Source: an uncultured Pelagibacteraceae bacterium (GTDB taxonomy: Bacteria > Pseudomonadota > Alphaproteobacteria > Pelagibacterales > Pelagibacteraceae). Taken from it: DNA of 64,000 bases. The position numbers and the translations under genes are program-made. Each line of letters opens with the position of its first letter. Position 1 is the first letter of the stretch. Of this stretch, positions 8,620 to 18,000 are shown one piece after another. Under the pieces are notes generated by a model that saw nothing but the letters and a program-made list of their open reading frames with translations, was not told where the DNA came from and did no database searches. The stretch spans positions 15,362-79,361 of the forward strand of contig CACHMJ010000003.1 of NCBI GenBank assembly GCA_902580895.1, read 5' to 3'.

Positions 8620-10695
8620 ATGAAAATACCACAACTTAAAAAAAAACCAGAGCTTAAATCTTGTCACAATACGACGTGGGAAGATAATTATAGTTGGATC
8701 CATCAGGATAATATTCTTGAGGTTTTAAAAGATAGTTCTAAGCTACTTCCAGATGTAAGGAAATATCTTGAAGAAGAAAATAATTTTACAGAACATAATT
8801 TAAAAGACACAAAAAAATGTCAGAAAATCTTATTTGATGAAATTAAAGGTAGAATAAAGTTAGATGACGAATCATTAAAATTTAAAGACAAAGAATATGA
8901 ATATTGGACAAAAACAACTGCAGTAGGAAATTATTCGATTAAACTTAGAAAGAAAATTGGAAGTGATACAGTTGAAGAATTTTGGAATGGTGATGTAGAA
9001 AAAGAAAAATTAAAAACTGAATATTTCGGAGTAGGTGATTTAGAGGTAAGTTATAATGACAAACTTTTAGGTTATTCTTTAGACTTAAAAGGGTCAGAAT
9101 ATTATACGATTTACATAAGAAATATTACCTCAGAAAAATTAGTCACTGAGAAAATAGAAGAAACAAGTGGAAGTATTACTTTTAGTTTAGACGACCAATA
9201 TATTTTTTATTCAAAGCTTGATGAATTACATAGACCAAGAAAAATTTTCAGACATAAAATTGGATCATCAGTCAAAGATGATGAGCTAATTTTTGAAGAG
9301 AAAAGCGAAGCATTTACTGTGGGCATAAGTTTGAGTTCAGATGAAAAATATTTTTTAATAACAACATCAGATCATAATACTTCTGAACAATACTACTTTG
9401 AGGTAACAGAAAAAAAACCAAAACCAAAATTAATTAAAAAAAGAAAAAAGGGTGTAATTTATTCAGTCAATTCTTGGGGTGGATATTTTTATTGCCATAC
9501 TAATGATGATGCGGAGGATTTCAAAATCGAAAGATGTGATGATTTATCAAGTCAAAACTGGGAAATTTATATAGCTGCTAAAGAAGAGGTTTTAATCGGA
9601 GGATTAATATTTTTAAATGATTGGATTATCAGAGGAGAAAAATCAAATGCATTAGGAAAATTATTTGTAAGAAATAAACAAACAGGAATTGAGGAAGAAT
9701 TAAAATTTACTGACGAGTCTGTGATTGTGCCCAGTGTTTCATTGATACAAAGAAATAAAAATACTGACTCAGTTTACTTGTCATATTCGTCCCCGAAAAC
9801 ACCAGGTAAAACTTATTTATACAATTTAAAAACAAAAGAAAAAAAATTAGTAAAAGAACAAGAAATTCCATCTGGTCATAATCCAGATGACTATATAGTC
9901 GAAAGACTAGAGTGCCCTTCTCATGATGGAAGATTAGTTCCACTTACAATTACCAGACACAAAAAAACAAAAATTAATGGTTCAGCAAATTTACTTTTAT
10001 ATGGCTATGGGTCATATGGAAGTTCAATGACTCCAGATTTTTCCTCAACTAGATTGAGTTTAATTAACAGAGATATTATTTGGGTAACTGCACATATTAG
10101 AGGGGGAATGGAAAAAGGAATGAAATGGTGGAAAGAAGGAAAGCTTCTTAATAAAAAAAATACATTTGAAGATTATATACACGTAGCAAAGTTTTTGATT
10201 GAAAAAGGATATTCATCGAAAAGAAAAATTATTGGTATGGGTGGATCAGCTGGTGGTTTATTAATGGGAGCAGTAGTCAACCAATCCCCAGAATTATTTC
10301 TTGGGATTGTTATGGCTGTGCCGTTTGTTGACTCATTAACAACTAACTTAGATCATTCTTTGCCTCTTACTGTTGGAGAATTTGATGAATTTGGAAATGC
10401 AAAAGATAAAAAGGACCATTTTGATTATATTTATTCTTATGCTCCGTATAACAACATTAAAAAAATGGATTATCCTCACATGTTAATTACAACAAGCTTA
10501 AGTGATAATAGAGTATTATTTGATGAACCAGCAAAATTTACAGCCAAACTTAGAGATTTAAAAACAGATAATAACTTGCTTTTGTTAAAAACTGAAATGA
10601 ACGCAGGCCACGGAGGGAAGTCAGGTAGAGACGGTGCCATAGAAGAAATAGCTTTTGATTATGCATTTATATTAAAGATCTCTGAAAAAATTTAA
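8620..10695 (+). CDS. ptrB: Oligopeptidase B (S9A)
   Basis: YGYGSYG, HIRGG, GGSAGG nucleophile, DNRV and AGHGG catalytic triad motifs. Confidence 0.92.
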   Translation: MKIPQLKKKPELKSCHNTTWEDNYSWIHQDNILEVLKDSSKLLPDVRKYLEEENNFTEHNLKDTKKCQKILFDEIKGRIKLDDESLKFKDKEYEYWTKTTAVGNYSIKLRKKIGSDTVEEFWNGDVEKEKLKTEYFGVGDLEVSYNDKLLGYSLDLKGSEYYTIYIRNITSEKLVTEKIEETSGSITFSLDDQYIFYSKLDELHRPRKIFRHKIGSSVKDDELIFEEKSEAFTVGISLSSDEKYFLITTSDHNTSEQYYFEVTEKKPKPKLIKKRKKGVIYSVNSWGGYFYCHTNDDAEDFKIERCDDLSSQNWEIYIAAKEEVLIGGLIFLNDWIIRGEKSNALGKLFVRNKQTGIEEELKFTDESVIVPSVSLIQRNKNTDSVYLSYSSPKTPGKTYLYNLKTKEKKLVKEQEIPSGHNPDDYIVERLECPSHDGRLVPLTITRHKKTKINGSANLLLYGYGSYGSSMTPDFSSTRLSLINRDIIWVTAHIRGGMEKGMKWWKEGKLLNKKNTFEDYIHVAKFLIEKGYSSKRKIIGMGGSAGGLLMGAVVNQSPELFLGIVMAVPFVDSLTTNLDHSLPLTVGEFDEFGNAKDKKDHFDYIYSYAPYNNIKKMDYPHMLITTSLSDNRVLFDEPAKFTAKLRDLKTDNNLLLLKTEMNAGHGGKSGRDGAIEEIAFDYAFILKISEKI

Positions 10696-10704
10696 ATTTA
10701 ATAT

Positions 10705-10732
10705 CTTGAAAAAAATAAAATAAATCCCATAT
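10705..10732 (+). promoter_or_regulatory. RpoH (sigma32) promoter of hsp20
   Basis: CTTGAA (10705-10710), A-rich 15-nt spacer, CCCATAT (10726-10732); matches the sigma32 consensus upstream of a small heat-shock gene. Confidence 0.85.
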
Positions 10733-10738
10733 AAGTTC

Positions 10739-10798
10739 TGTTGGTCGCCTAATGGGGCTAACAATAAATAAACTTGCTTAACAAAGGAGGATATTATG
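10739..10798 (+). promoter_or_regulatory. ROSE-like RNA thermometer in hsp20 5' UTR
   Basis: 5' hairpin TGTTGGTC/GGCTAACA. 3' hairpin has CTTGCT (10773-10778, the U(U/C)GCU ROSE motif) opposite SD AGGAGG (10785-10790). Confidence 0.7.
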
Positions 10799-11242
10799 AC
10801 AAGTAAGGATTTATCTATATTCAACTCACTAAGACCTTTTTCAATTGGTTTTGACGATATGTTTGACCAATTTGAAAATATGCTTGGTAATGGTTCTTTG
10901 ACTATGCAGTCAAACTACCCACCTTATAACATCAGAAAAACTGGTAAGGATAACTATGCAATAGAAGTTGCTTTAGCTGGTTTTAATAAAAATGATGTTG
11001 AAGTTGAGTTTGAAGATAATTTATTAACTGTAAGAACTAAACAAGTTAATAAATCTGAAAATAATAATGCTGATGGAGAAATAATTCACAAAGGTATTTC
11101 CCAAAGACAATTTGCCAGATCATTTACTATAGCTGACGATGTGAAAGTTAATGGTGCTGAGTTAAAAGATGGTCTTTTAACAATTTCTTGTGAAAGAATT
11201 GTTCCTGAGCATAAAAAAAGAAAACTTATTGAAATTAAATAA
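10796..11242 (+). CDS. ibpA: Small heat shock protein Hsp20 (IbpA-like)
   Basis: IGFD, YPPYNI, EVALAGF, HKGISQRQF and LKDGLL motifs. Confidence 0.92.
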   Translation: MTSKDLSIFNSLRPFSIGFDDMFDQFENMLGNGSLTMQSNYPPYNIRKTGKDNYAIEVALAGFNKNDVEVEFEDNLLTVRTKQVNKSENNNADGEIIHKGISQRQFARSFTIADDVKVNGAELKDGLLTISCERIVPEHKKRKLIEIK

Positions 11243-11249
11243 GTATACC

Positions 11250-11280
11250 TTGCTTGCGGAGATAAATTCTCCGCAGGTAA
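11250..11280. terminator. Hairpin between convergent genes (probable terminator)
   Basis: TTGCTTGCGGAGA-taaat-TCTCCGCAGGTAA, a 13-bp stem with two G-U pairs on the + strand, just after the hsp20 stop. Confidence 0.7.
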
Positions 11281-11586
11281 TCAAAAGCAACCGTTAGAAA
11301 CAAATCCAATAACAATCAATTTCGCGTTTACTTCAAATCTTCTTTCGCAAGGTATTCCATATTTTTTTGTGTTATAAACTAAAACTAAATTTCCTTTTTC
11401 ATTTTTAAAATCTTCATCTGGACTACCTAAGCTGCCTTTTAAATCCTGAGAAGACTTACCTATAAATGCACTTAATTTTTTATTTTCTTTCTCAACAATA
11501 GCGTCAGTTTTTTGCTTAATTGTCTGACAACCTAATAAAGAAAATATTATAAATACACTTAGAATTGAGATCTTAATTATTTTCAT
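11281..11586 (-). CDS. Small hypothetical lipoprotein
   Basis: Signal peptide with lipobox LLGC; LGSPD..LVLVY pattern; two further Cys. Confidence 0.75.
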   Translation of the reverse strand: MKIIKISILSVFIIFSLLGCQTIKQKTDAIVEKENKKLSAFIGKSSQDLKGSLGSPDEDFKNEKGNLVLVYNTKKYGIPCERRFEVNAKLIVIGFVSNGCF

Positions 11587-11711
11587 AATTTAATAATAAC
11601 AACCTAATTATGGCATAAATATAAACTTCTGGGTTGAAAATTGTTAATAAGAATTAGTTTTGGCAGGCAAAATAAGAAAGAATCAAATATTTTCGATTAA
11701 TAGGAGGATAA

Positions 11712-13022
11712 ATGCTTGAAAAATATTTTGAATATAAAAAACATAAAACGGATTTTAAAACTGAAGTAATTGCTGGAACAACTACGTTCTTAACAATGGC
11801 TTACATAATGTTTTTAAATCCATTCATCTTATCAGGAGAGTTCGCCGGCCCTGAAAAAGGTTTCTTTGATTTCGGCGCAGTGTACACAGCAACTATTTTA
11901 GCAACAGCTTTAGCTTGTTTTATAATGGCCTTTTACGGAAAAACTTGGCCAATCGGACTTGCTCCAGGTATGGGTATAAATGCCTTTGTTGCATTCGGTG
12001 TTTGTGCTGGAATGGGATACACGCCTCAAGAGGCTCTGGGAGCAGTATTAGTGGCAGGGGTGTTGTTTTTAATTATCTCTTTGACACCAATTAGAGCCTG
12101 GTTAATAAATTCAATTCCAAAAAGTTTGAAACTAGGTATAGGTGCGGGTATTGGATTATTCTTAGCAATAATTGGTTTGCAGATCATGGAGGTAGTAGTT
12201 GATAACCCTGTCACTCTTGTACAACTTGGTAATTTAAGTGATCCTTTAGTATTATTAGGATGTGCAACATTTATCGCCATAATTGTTTTAGATAAAATGA
12301 ATGTAAAAGGTAACATCATTATAGGCATACTGGTATTTAGTGTCATCGCTTGGGCGACTGGCCTTGCAAAATTCAATGGTATTGCAAGTTCACCCCCACC
12401 AATGACATATCTTTTTGACTTTGATTTATCGGCTGCAATGACTGCAGGTATGTCTACAGTAATTTTTACTTTATTGTTTATTGATTTCTTTGATACCGCA
12501 GGAACTTTAACTTCAGTAGCAAATGTAGCTGGTAAAGTTGGAAAAGACGGTAAGGTTGAGGATATAAATAAAGCCATGTTATCTGATAGTGTAGGTACTG
12601 TTGCAGGTGCCATGATGGGAACTACAACGGTAACTAGCTATGTTGAGTCTGGTGCAGGTGTTAAAGCAGGTGGAAAAACTGGAATGACGTCGTTAGTAAT
12701 TGGAATACTATTTCTAGCTTGTATATTTTTTGCCCCATTAGCTACTAGTTTACCTAAACAAATTGATGGAGCGGCTTTACTTTTTGTATCAGTTCTTTTT
12801 ATAAGAAATATCACTGATATAGAATGGAATGACATATCCGAATCTGCTCCTGCGATCCTAGCTATGATTTCAATGCCACTAACATATAGTATTAGTAATG
12901 GTATTGCTTTAGCTTTTGTATCATATGCTTTGATCAAAATATTTACTGGTAAGTTTTCAAGCACTTCACCTGCAATATGGGTTGTTGCGATTTTAAGTGT
13001 TGTTAGCTTTGCTGTTGCATAA
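11712..13022 (+). CDS. NCS2/AzgA-type nucleobase (purine) permease
   Basis: TFLTMAYI, APGMG, DFFDTAGTL, YVESGAG and GGKTG; strong SD AGGAGG. Confidence 0.9.
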   Translation: MLEKYFEYKKHKTDFKTEVIAGTTTFLTMAYIMFLNPFILSGEFAGPEKGFFDFGAVYTATILATALACFIMAFYGKTWPIGLAPGMGINAFVAFGVCAGMGYTPQEALGAVLVAGVLFLIISLTPIRAWLINSIPKSLKLGIGAGIGLFLAIIGLQIMEVVVDNPVTLVQLGNLSDPLVLLGCATFIAIIVLDKMNVKGNIIIGILVFSVIAWATGLAKFNGIASSPPPMTYLFDFDLSAAMTAGMSTVIFTLLFIDFFDTAGTLTSVANVAGKVGKDGKVEDINKAMLSDSVGTVAGAMMGTTTVTSYVESGAGVKAGGKTGMTSLVIGILFLACIFFAPLATSLPKQIDGAALLFVSVLFIRNITDIEWNDISESAPAILAMISMPLTYSISNGIALAFVSYALIKIFTGKFSSTSPAIWVVAILSVVSFAVA

Positions 13023-13031
13023 ATAAATTAT

Positions 13032-13065
13032 TAAATAGGGCTTGTTTTAATACAAGCCCTATTTA
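13032..13065. terminator. Bidirectional intrinsic terminator
   Basis: Perfect 14-bp inverted repeat TAAATAGGGCTTGT / ACAAGCCCTATTTA with a 6-nt loop between convergent genes. Confidence 0.85.
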
Positions 13066-13580
13066 TCTCTTTTAATAATTTCTTCGATAGATAACTCTTC
13101 ATAATGTTCAGTAGGTTGAACAATCCAAGGGTCAGAATCTAATTTTATCGGGCAAAAATCAGGCTCAAAAGAGGAAGACTTTTTTTTCCATAAACATGCG
13201 GTCTTGATCTCCTCAATATAATTTTTTGTAGGTCCATAATTTTTAAGCCATTCAATACTTTTATTTAATGTTAAGCCAGTGTCAGACAAGTCATCAATTA
13301 AGAGAACTTTTTTAAAATCCTTATCATTTGCTAATGAGCTTATTTCTCTAGCAAACATCAACTGACCTTGTTGATCCTCCATTCCCTCTCCCGAGTAACT
13401 TTGAATAACAATGTAAGCTATGGGAAGTTTCAATATTCTCGACAAAATATCAATAATGGGAGCCGCTCCGCGCATGATACCAATTAGTACTGTAGGATTA
13501 TATTTATTGTGAATTTGGACAGCTAATTTCTCAACTATTTTTTTGTATTCTTCCCATCCCACAATCATTTTATCTGACAT
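13059..13580 (-). CDS. Type I phosphoribosyltransferase (xanthine/guanine PRT-like)
   Basis: GIMRG, SY, PRPP loop VLLIDDLSDTGLT and WIVQP. Confidence 0.85.
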   Translation of the reverse strand: MSDKMIVGWEEYKKIVEKLAVQIHNKYNPTVLIGIMRGAAPIIDILSRILKLPIAYIVIQSYSGEGMEDQQGQLMFAREISSLANDKDFKKVLLIDDLSDTGLTLNKSIEWLKNYGPTKNYIEEIKTACLWKKKSSSFEPDFCPIKLDSDPWIVQPTEHYEELSIEEIIKRDK

Positions 13581-13585
13581 AACAA

Positions 13586-16123
13586 TTAAATTTCTAGGTC
13601 CTTAATATTGATAAATTTTTTAGACAAATCTTTATTATTTTTTTTTATGTCCTCAAAAAAATTCCAAGCTAAAACTAACACTACAGGCAATTTATTCTTA
13701 ACTTTATCTTTTGGCAAAATAGGGATTTTTACACCTGGAACAAATTTTCCATGCTTAAGCTTATTATCCTCAATTATAAAATCAATTTGGTCTTTTACTC
13801 CAAAAAAGTTTAAGGCTGTTGTCGCTTTTGCTGGAGAACCATAACCAATTATTTTTTTATTTTCTTTTTTTATTTTATTCAGATTATTAATAACATTTGA
13901 TTTAATTTTGTAGATTTTATCTGCAAAGTTTTTGTACGTTTTATATTTCTTTATTCCAAATTTTTCTTCTTCTTTTAATAATGATTTCACATTTTTATTA
14001 ATTTTAGTTCTTGTCTTTTTAACGTAAATCCTTATGGAACCACCATGAGTTTGAATTTTTTCCACATTATAAATTTCTAAGTTAAATTGTTTAAAGAAGT
14101 TTACTAGTGAAGTTAAAGACCAATAATTGTAATGCTCATGATAAATATTATCAAATGTTAAATCTTTTAAGGTGTTTAATAAATACTGAACCTCAATAAT
14201 TATTGTGCCGTCTTTTTTAATTAACCTTTTCATACACTCAGCCATTTCTTTAAGGTTATCTGAGTGAGCAAAAACATTTGATGCCAAAATAATATCTGCT
14301 CCTTTTTTAATTTTTCTCAAATTTTTAATACTTAAAAAACCATTAAAAGTTTTAATTCTTTTTTTATTAGCTAATTTGGCTAAATTTTTTGCAGGTTCAA
14401 TTCCTAATATATTTTTAAAACCCAAGTTTTGGAATGGTGTTAATGCAATTCCATCATTACTACCAACATCAATAATGTAAGATTTTTTTTTTAGTTTAAA
14501 TTCTTTAATATATTTTTTTGCAGATTTTTCGAAATGTTCCCTAAACACCTTTGATGTTGATGAGGTATAAAGATAATTTGAAAACATTTTTTTTGGATCA
14601 ACAGCTATCGATAATTGACAATTATGACAATTATCACAATAATTTACCTCTAATGGATATAATTCTGGTTGATCTGTTTTCTTTTTTAATAAGTTATTAG
14701 CTAAAGGTTGATATCCAAGTGATATTACTCTTTTTAATTTTTCATTTCCACATGATCTACACTCAAATTTATAACATTTTAATAAAAGATTTTTTTCTTT
14801 CTCATCAACAAAAACATGTTTTATTGTATGTGTTACTCCATAATTTTCATGCTCTCTTTCGCCCCTAACTAAATTCAAAAATGTTGTGTCTTTTGAAAAA
14901 ACCATAGTATGTGCAACATTAGGTTTTATTATTGATAGTTGTCCCTCATTTACCACTTGTGTTATTTTAGGAGAGTTCGGATTTAAAAGATCTTGAAAAA
15001 TTTCAATTATTTGTCCTTTAGTAAAAAGACATTTCTGCTCTTGTTGAGGATGATAATGATTTGCTCTAATAGTTCCTTTTTTTGACTCTATTAAGCCAAT
15101 CATGTTTATTGGTTCTGTAAGCTCGTGATTACTAATTTTTCCTCTACTATCAATAAACTCGTTATCACCATCTCTTACGTGCTCTAAATCTTTGATTAAG
15201 TCTTGTTTTGACCATTTGAGGATCATTTCTTTTATACTTTCATCTAATGCGTATAAAAATTTAAAACCAGTTTTTAATATCTTCTTATTTGATAATGAAA
15301 AACCTAAATTTGGAATTTCATCATTTGTCTCTCTTAAAGTCACTTTGGGATTATATTTTTTACATATTTCAGCAACTTCTTTAACAGTTACACTATCTTT
15401 GGTTAAATTAAAAAGCTGATTACTTATGTCAGATCTTTCCTCCATAAACTTAAAACATCTCGCTACATCAACTAGTGGAACAAGACTTTTTATTTGTTTA
15501 CCACCTGCAAATAATCTTAATGTTCCATTTTGAGATGCGGTTTTAGCAAAGAGATTTGCCATTATGTCAATTCTAGCAGTATCTGAGGAATAGCCATAAA
15601 CTGAACCTAATCTTAATATTACATAGTTTTTACCTGATTTCTTTAATTGTTCCTCATTTATTGCCTTAGACTTACTATATGAAAGAACAGGATTTGTTTG
15701 TTCACTCTCTTTTATTTCCATTTTAACACTTTCGATACCCTCATAAACCACATGGGATGATGGCATAATTATTTTACATTTATCACTAATTACATCTAAA
15801 ATATTTTGTGTTCCCTCCTCTGCTACTTTGGAGATTAATCGATTTTTATATTCTGAGCCTTCACTTTTTACTCTGGGTACATCAGTAATACCTGCTAGAT
15901 GATGAACAACATCAGCGTCTTGACAATGTTTTTTAATTAATTCTCGATCAAGGATATCGCCTTGAACAAAGTTCATATTCCAATTTCTAATTTGATTTAC
16001 TCTTTCGGAAATAAACCTATTATCAATAACAGTTATTTTGTCATTCCAGCTATAACCAGAGTAAATTTTGCATAATTCAGTTCCAATATATCCAAGACCA
16101 CCTGTTATAACGATTTTTTTCAT
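13586..16123 (-). CDS. Tri-domain NDP-sugar modifying enzyme: extended SDR + cupin + Zn-binding C-methyltransferase
   Basis: SDR: TGGLGYIG and YSKSK. Cupin: RANHYH...E...AH. C-methyltransferase: CRSC/CDNC, DVGSNDG, YHEH, THGGSIR and GYGSPAK. ATG at 16123. Confidence 0.88.
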   Translation of the reverse strand: MKKIVITGGLGYIGTELCKIYSGYSWNDKITVIDNRFISERVNQIRNWNMNFVQGDILDRELIKKHCQDADVVHHLAGITDVPRVKSEGSEYKNRLISKVAEEGTQNILDVISDKCKIIMPSSHVVYEGIESVKMEIKESEQTNPVLSYSKSKAINEEQLKKSGKNYVILRLGSVYGYSSDTARIDIMANLFAKTASQNGTLRLFAGGKQIKSLVPLVDVARCFKFMEERSDISNQLFNLTKDSVTVKEVAEICKKYNPKVTLRETNDEIPNLGFSLSNKKILKTGFKFLYALDESIKEMILKWSKQDLIKDLEHVRDGDNEFIDSRGKISNHELTEPINMIGLIESKKGTIRANHYHPQQEQKCLFTKGQIIEIFQDLLNPNSPKITQVVNEGQLSIIKPNVAHTMVFSKDTTFLNLVRGEREHENYGVTHTIKHVFVDEKEKNLLLKCYKFECRSCGNEKLKRVISLGYQPLANNLLKKKTDQPELYPLEVNYCDNCHNCQLSIAVDPKKMFSNYLYTSSTSKVFREHFEKSAKKYIKEFKLKKKSYIIDVGSNDGIALTPFQNLGFKNILGIEPAKNLAKLANKKRIKTFNGFLSIKNLRKIKKGADIILASNVFAHSDNLKEMAECMKRLIKKDGTIIIEVQYLLNTLKDLTFDNIYHEHYNYWSLTSLVNFFKQFNLEIYNVEKIQTHGGSIRIYVKKTRTKINKNVKSLLKEEEKFGIKKYKTYKNFADKIYKIKSNVINNLNKIKKENKKIIGYGSPAKATTALNFFGVKDQIDFIIEDNKLKHGKFVPGVKIPILPKDKVKNKLPVVLVLAWNFFEDIKKNNKDLSKKFINIKDLEI

Positions 16124-16151
16124 CAATATTAATTATCAAATTATTTAAAAC

Positions 16152-16180
16152 TTTACATCAAATTTAATAATCATTATTAA
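16152..16180 (+). promoter_or_regulatory. Candidate sigma70 promoter, leaderless-type, for the GT17 gene
   Basis: TTTACA-N17-TATTAA ending 7 nt before ATG 16188; no SD. Confidence 0.45.
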
Positions 16181-16187
16181 CAAAATA

Positions 16188-17078
16188 ATGCGAGTATTTG
16201 ATTGTTTTATGTATTTTAATGAGGATGTGGTTCTGGAGTTAAGATTAAACTATCTAAATAAATTTGTTGACCAATTCATAATCGTGGAAAGTACTTTTAA
16301 TCACAGAGGACAAAAGAAAAATTTAAACTTTGATATTGATAAATTTCCAAAATTTAAGGATAAAATTAAATACTTTGTCTTAGATGCTCAACCGTCAAAT
16401 TTGGAAAAAATTAACGATAATGACACGGAGGATGAAAAATCAAAAAAATATATTTTAAATGGATATAAAAGAGATCATTTTCAAAGAAATCATATATCTA
16501 ATGGTATTAAGGACGCCGATCAAAATGATGTTATAATCATATCTGATATTGATGAAATACCTAATTTAGAAAAGTTAGATTTAAACAAAATTCAAAATGA
16601 CTTAATTCTTTTTAATCAGAAAATGTGTTACTATAAATTCAACCTATATCAAAAAAATTACAATTGGAATGGCTCAAGAGCTTGTAAAAAGAAAAACTTA
16701 ATATCACCTCAGTGGATAAGAGACATCAAACCAAAAAAATATCCCAAATGGAGGCTTGATACGTATTTTTCTAACCATAAATATTCAAACATCTGTTTTA
16801 TTAATAATGGTGGATGGCATTTTTCATATTTAAACACCCCAGAGTTAATAGAACAAAAACTTAAATCATATACTCATCATAGGGAATATGATCTCAATCC
16901 AATCGGGATTGAGAATATTGAAGATAGAATTAGAAATAAGATGTCTGTCTATAATCTTTCATCAGATAAAAGAGAGAATCAATTCGCCCAGGGGGTTAAA
17001 TTAGAAATAATGGAAAATAATGATTTACCAAGTTATATAAGCCATAATTTAAAAAAATACGAAGAGTGGTTAGCATGA
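16188..17078 (+). CDS. Glycosyltransferase family 17 (MGAT3/GnT-III-like)
   Basis: FDCFMYFNE..LELR, IVES, QRN, IISDIDEIP (DxD) and GGWHFSY motifs. Confidence 0.82.
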   Translation: MRVFDCFMYFNEDVVLELRLNYLNKFVDQFIIVESTFNHRGQKKNLNFDIDKFPKFKDKIKYFVLDAQPSNLEKINDNDTEDEKSKKYILNGYKRDHFQRNHISNGIKDADQNDVIIISDIDEIPNLEKLDLNKIQNDLILFNQKMCYYKFNLYQKNYNWNGSRACKKKNLISPQWIRDIKPKKYPKWRLDTYFSNHKYSNICFINNGGWHFSYLNTPELIEQKLKSYTHHREYDLNPIGIENIEDRIRNKMSVYNLSSDKRENQFAQGVKLEIMENNDLPSYISHNLKKYEEWLA

Positions 17079-17368
17079 TTAAAAAAGGTTATTGGGTAAG
17101 CGTATACGTTAAAATTGAAAATAAGGAAAATCTAAAAAAATATTCTGAATTAGCCACGCCAATTATAAAAAGTTTTGGTGGAGTTCCTTATATAAGAGGT
17201 GGAATACACAAAACATTTGAGGGAAACGATTTTGTTAGAACTGTTGTTTGGGAATTTCCAAGCTACAAAAAAGCATTAGAATGTTGTAATTCAAAAGAAT
17301 ATCAAAATTGCTGGAGTGTAGCTAAAGAAACTACTATTAGACATATGCAGGTTGTAGAAGGAATTTAG
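17075..17368 (+). CDS. DUF1330 family protein
   Basis: KGYW...Y...FGG..RGG...EG...VVWEFPS...EYQ...VVEG; ATGA coupling to the GT17 gene. Confidence 0.85.
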   Translation: MIKKGYWVSVYVKIENKENLKKYSELATPIIKSFGGVPYIRGGIHKTFEGNDFVRTVVWEFPSYKKALECCNSKEYQNCWSVAKETTIRHMQVVEGI

Positions 17369-18000
17369 TATTGAATAGGTTCGGGATCAATGCTTCTCCA
17401 CAAATACCATGTTGCGACAGAACAATAAGGAGAAAACCTTTTTTTTAACAAGCTGACAAATTTTTCTGGTGGTAGATACTTTTTTTTATAATTTTTTGAT
17501 ATTGCTCTTAAAAGACCTATATCTTGTACTGGCCAAATGTTAGATCTATTATAAGTAAATAATAAAATCATTTCTGCAGACCATCTTCCTATTTGTCTAA
17601 GTTTTGATAAATAATTTATAGCTTCTTCATCTGTCATTTTATCAATTAATTTAGGATTAAATGTTTTTTCAATTGTTTGCTTTGCTAAACTTTTAATTCC
17701 CAAAACTTTTTGTCGACTAAGTCCACAATTTTTTAATTGAGAAAAAGATAATTTTAAAACATTTTTTGCGGTAATTTTATTATTACATTTTTTTTTAAAT
17801 TTTGAGAAAACTGCATTTGCTGCTGCAACACTAATTTGCTGTCCAATTATACTTTTACATAACGAAAAAAAAATATCTCTCCTTGAAGTTAAGATAGTTT
17901 CTGAGGGACTTTCGTAACTTTTAATTAACTTAGAAAGAGTTTGATCTTTTTTAGATAAATATTTTTTTGCCTTATTCCAGTATTTAGGTGCTTTAGTCAT
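17365..18000 (-). CDS. alkA: DNA-3-methyladenine glycosylase II (HhH-GPD)
   Basis: IIGQQIS, GLSRQK, IGRWSAEM, WPVQD and SPYCS motifs. Confidence 0.85.
   Translation of the reverse strand: MTKAPKYWNKAKKYLSKKDQTLSKLIKSYESPSETILTSRRDIFFSLCKSIIGQQISVAAANAVFSKFKKKCNNKITAKNVLKLSFSQLKNCGLSRQKVLGIKSLAKQTIEKTFNPKLIDKMTDEEAINYLSKLRQIGRWSAEMILLFTYNRSNIWPVQDIGLLRAISKNYKKKYLPPEKFVSLLKKRFSPYCSVATWYLWRSIDPEPIQY

Noticed and set aside
11587-11711. Possible purine riboswitch upstream of the NCS2 permease
   Set aside because: TATGG is present, but there is no TCTAC core and no P1/P2/P3 pairing.
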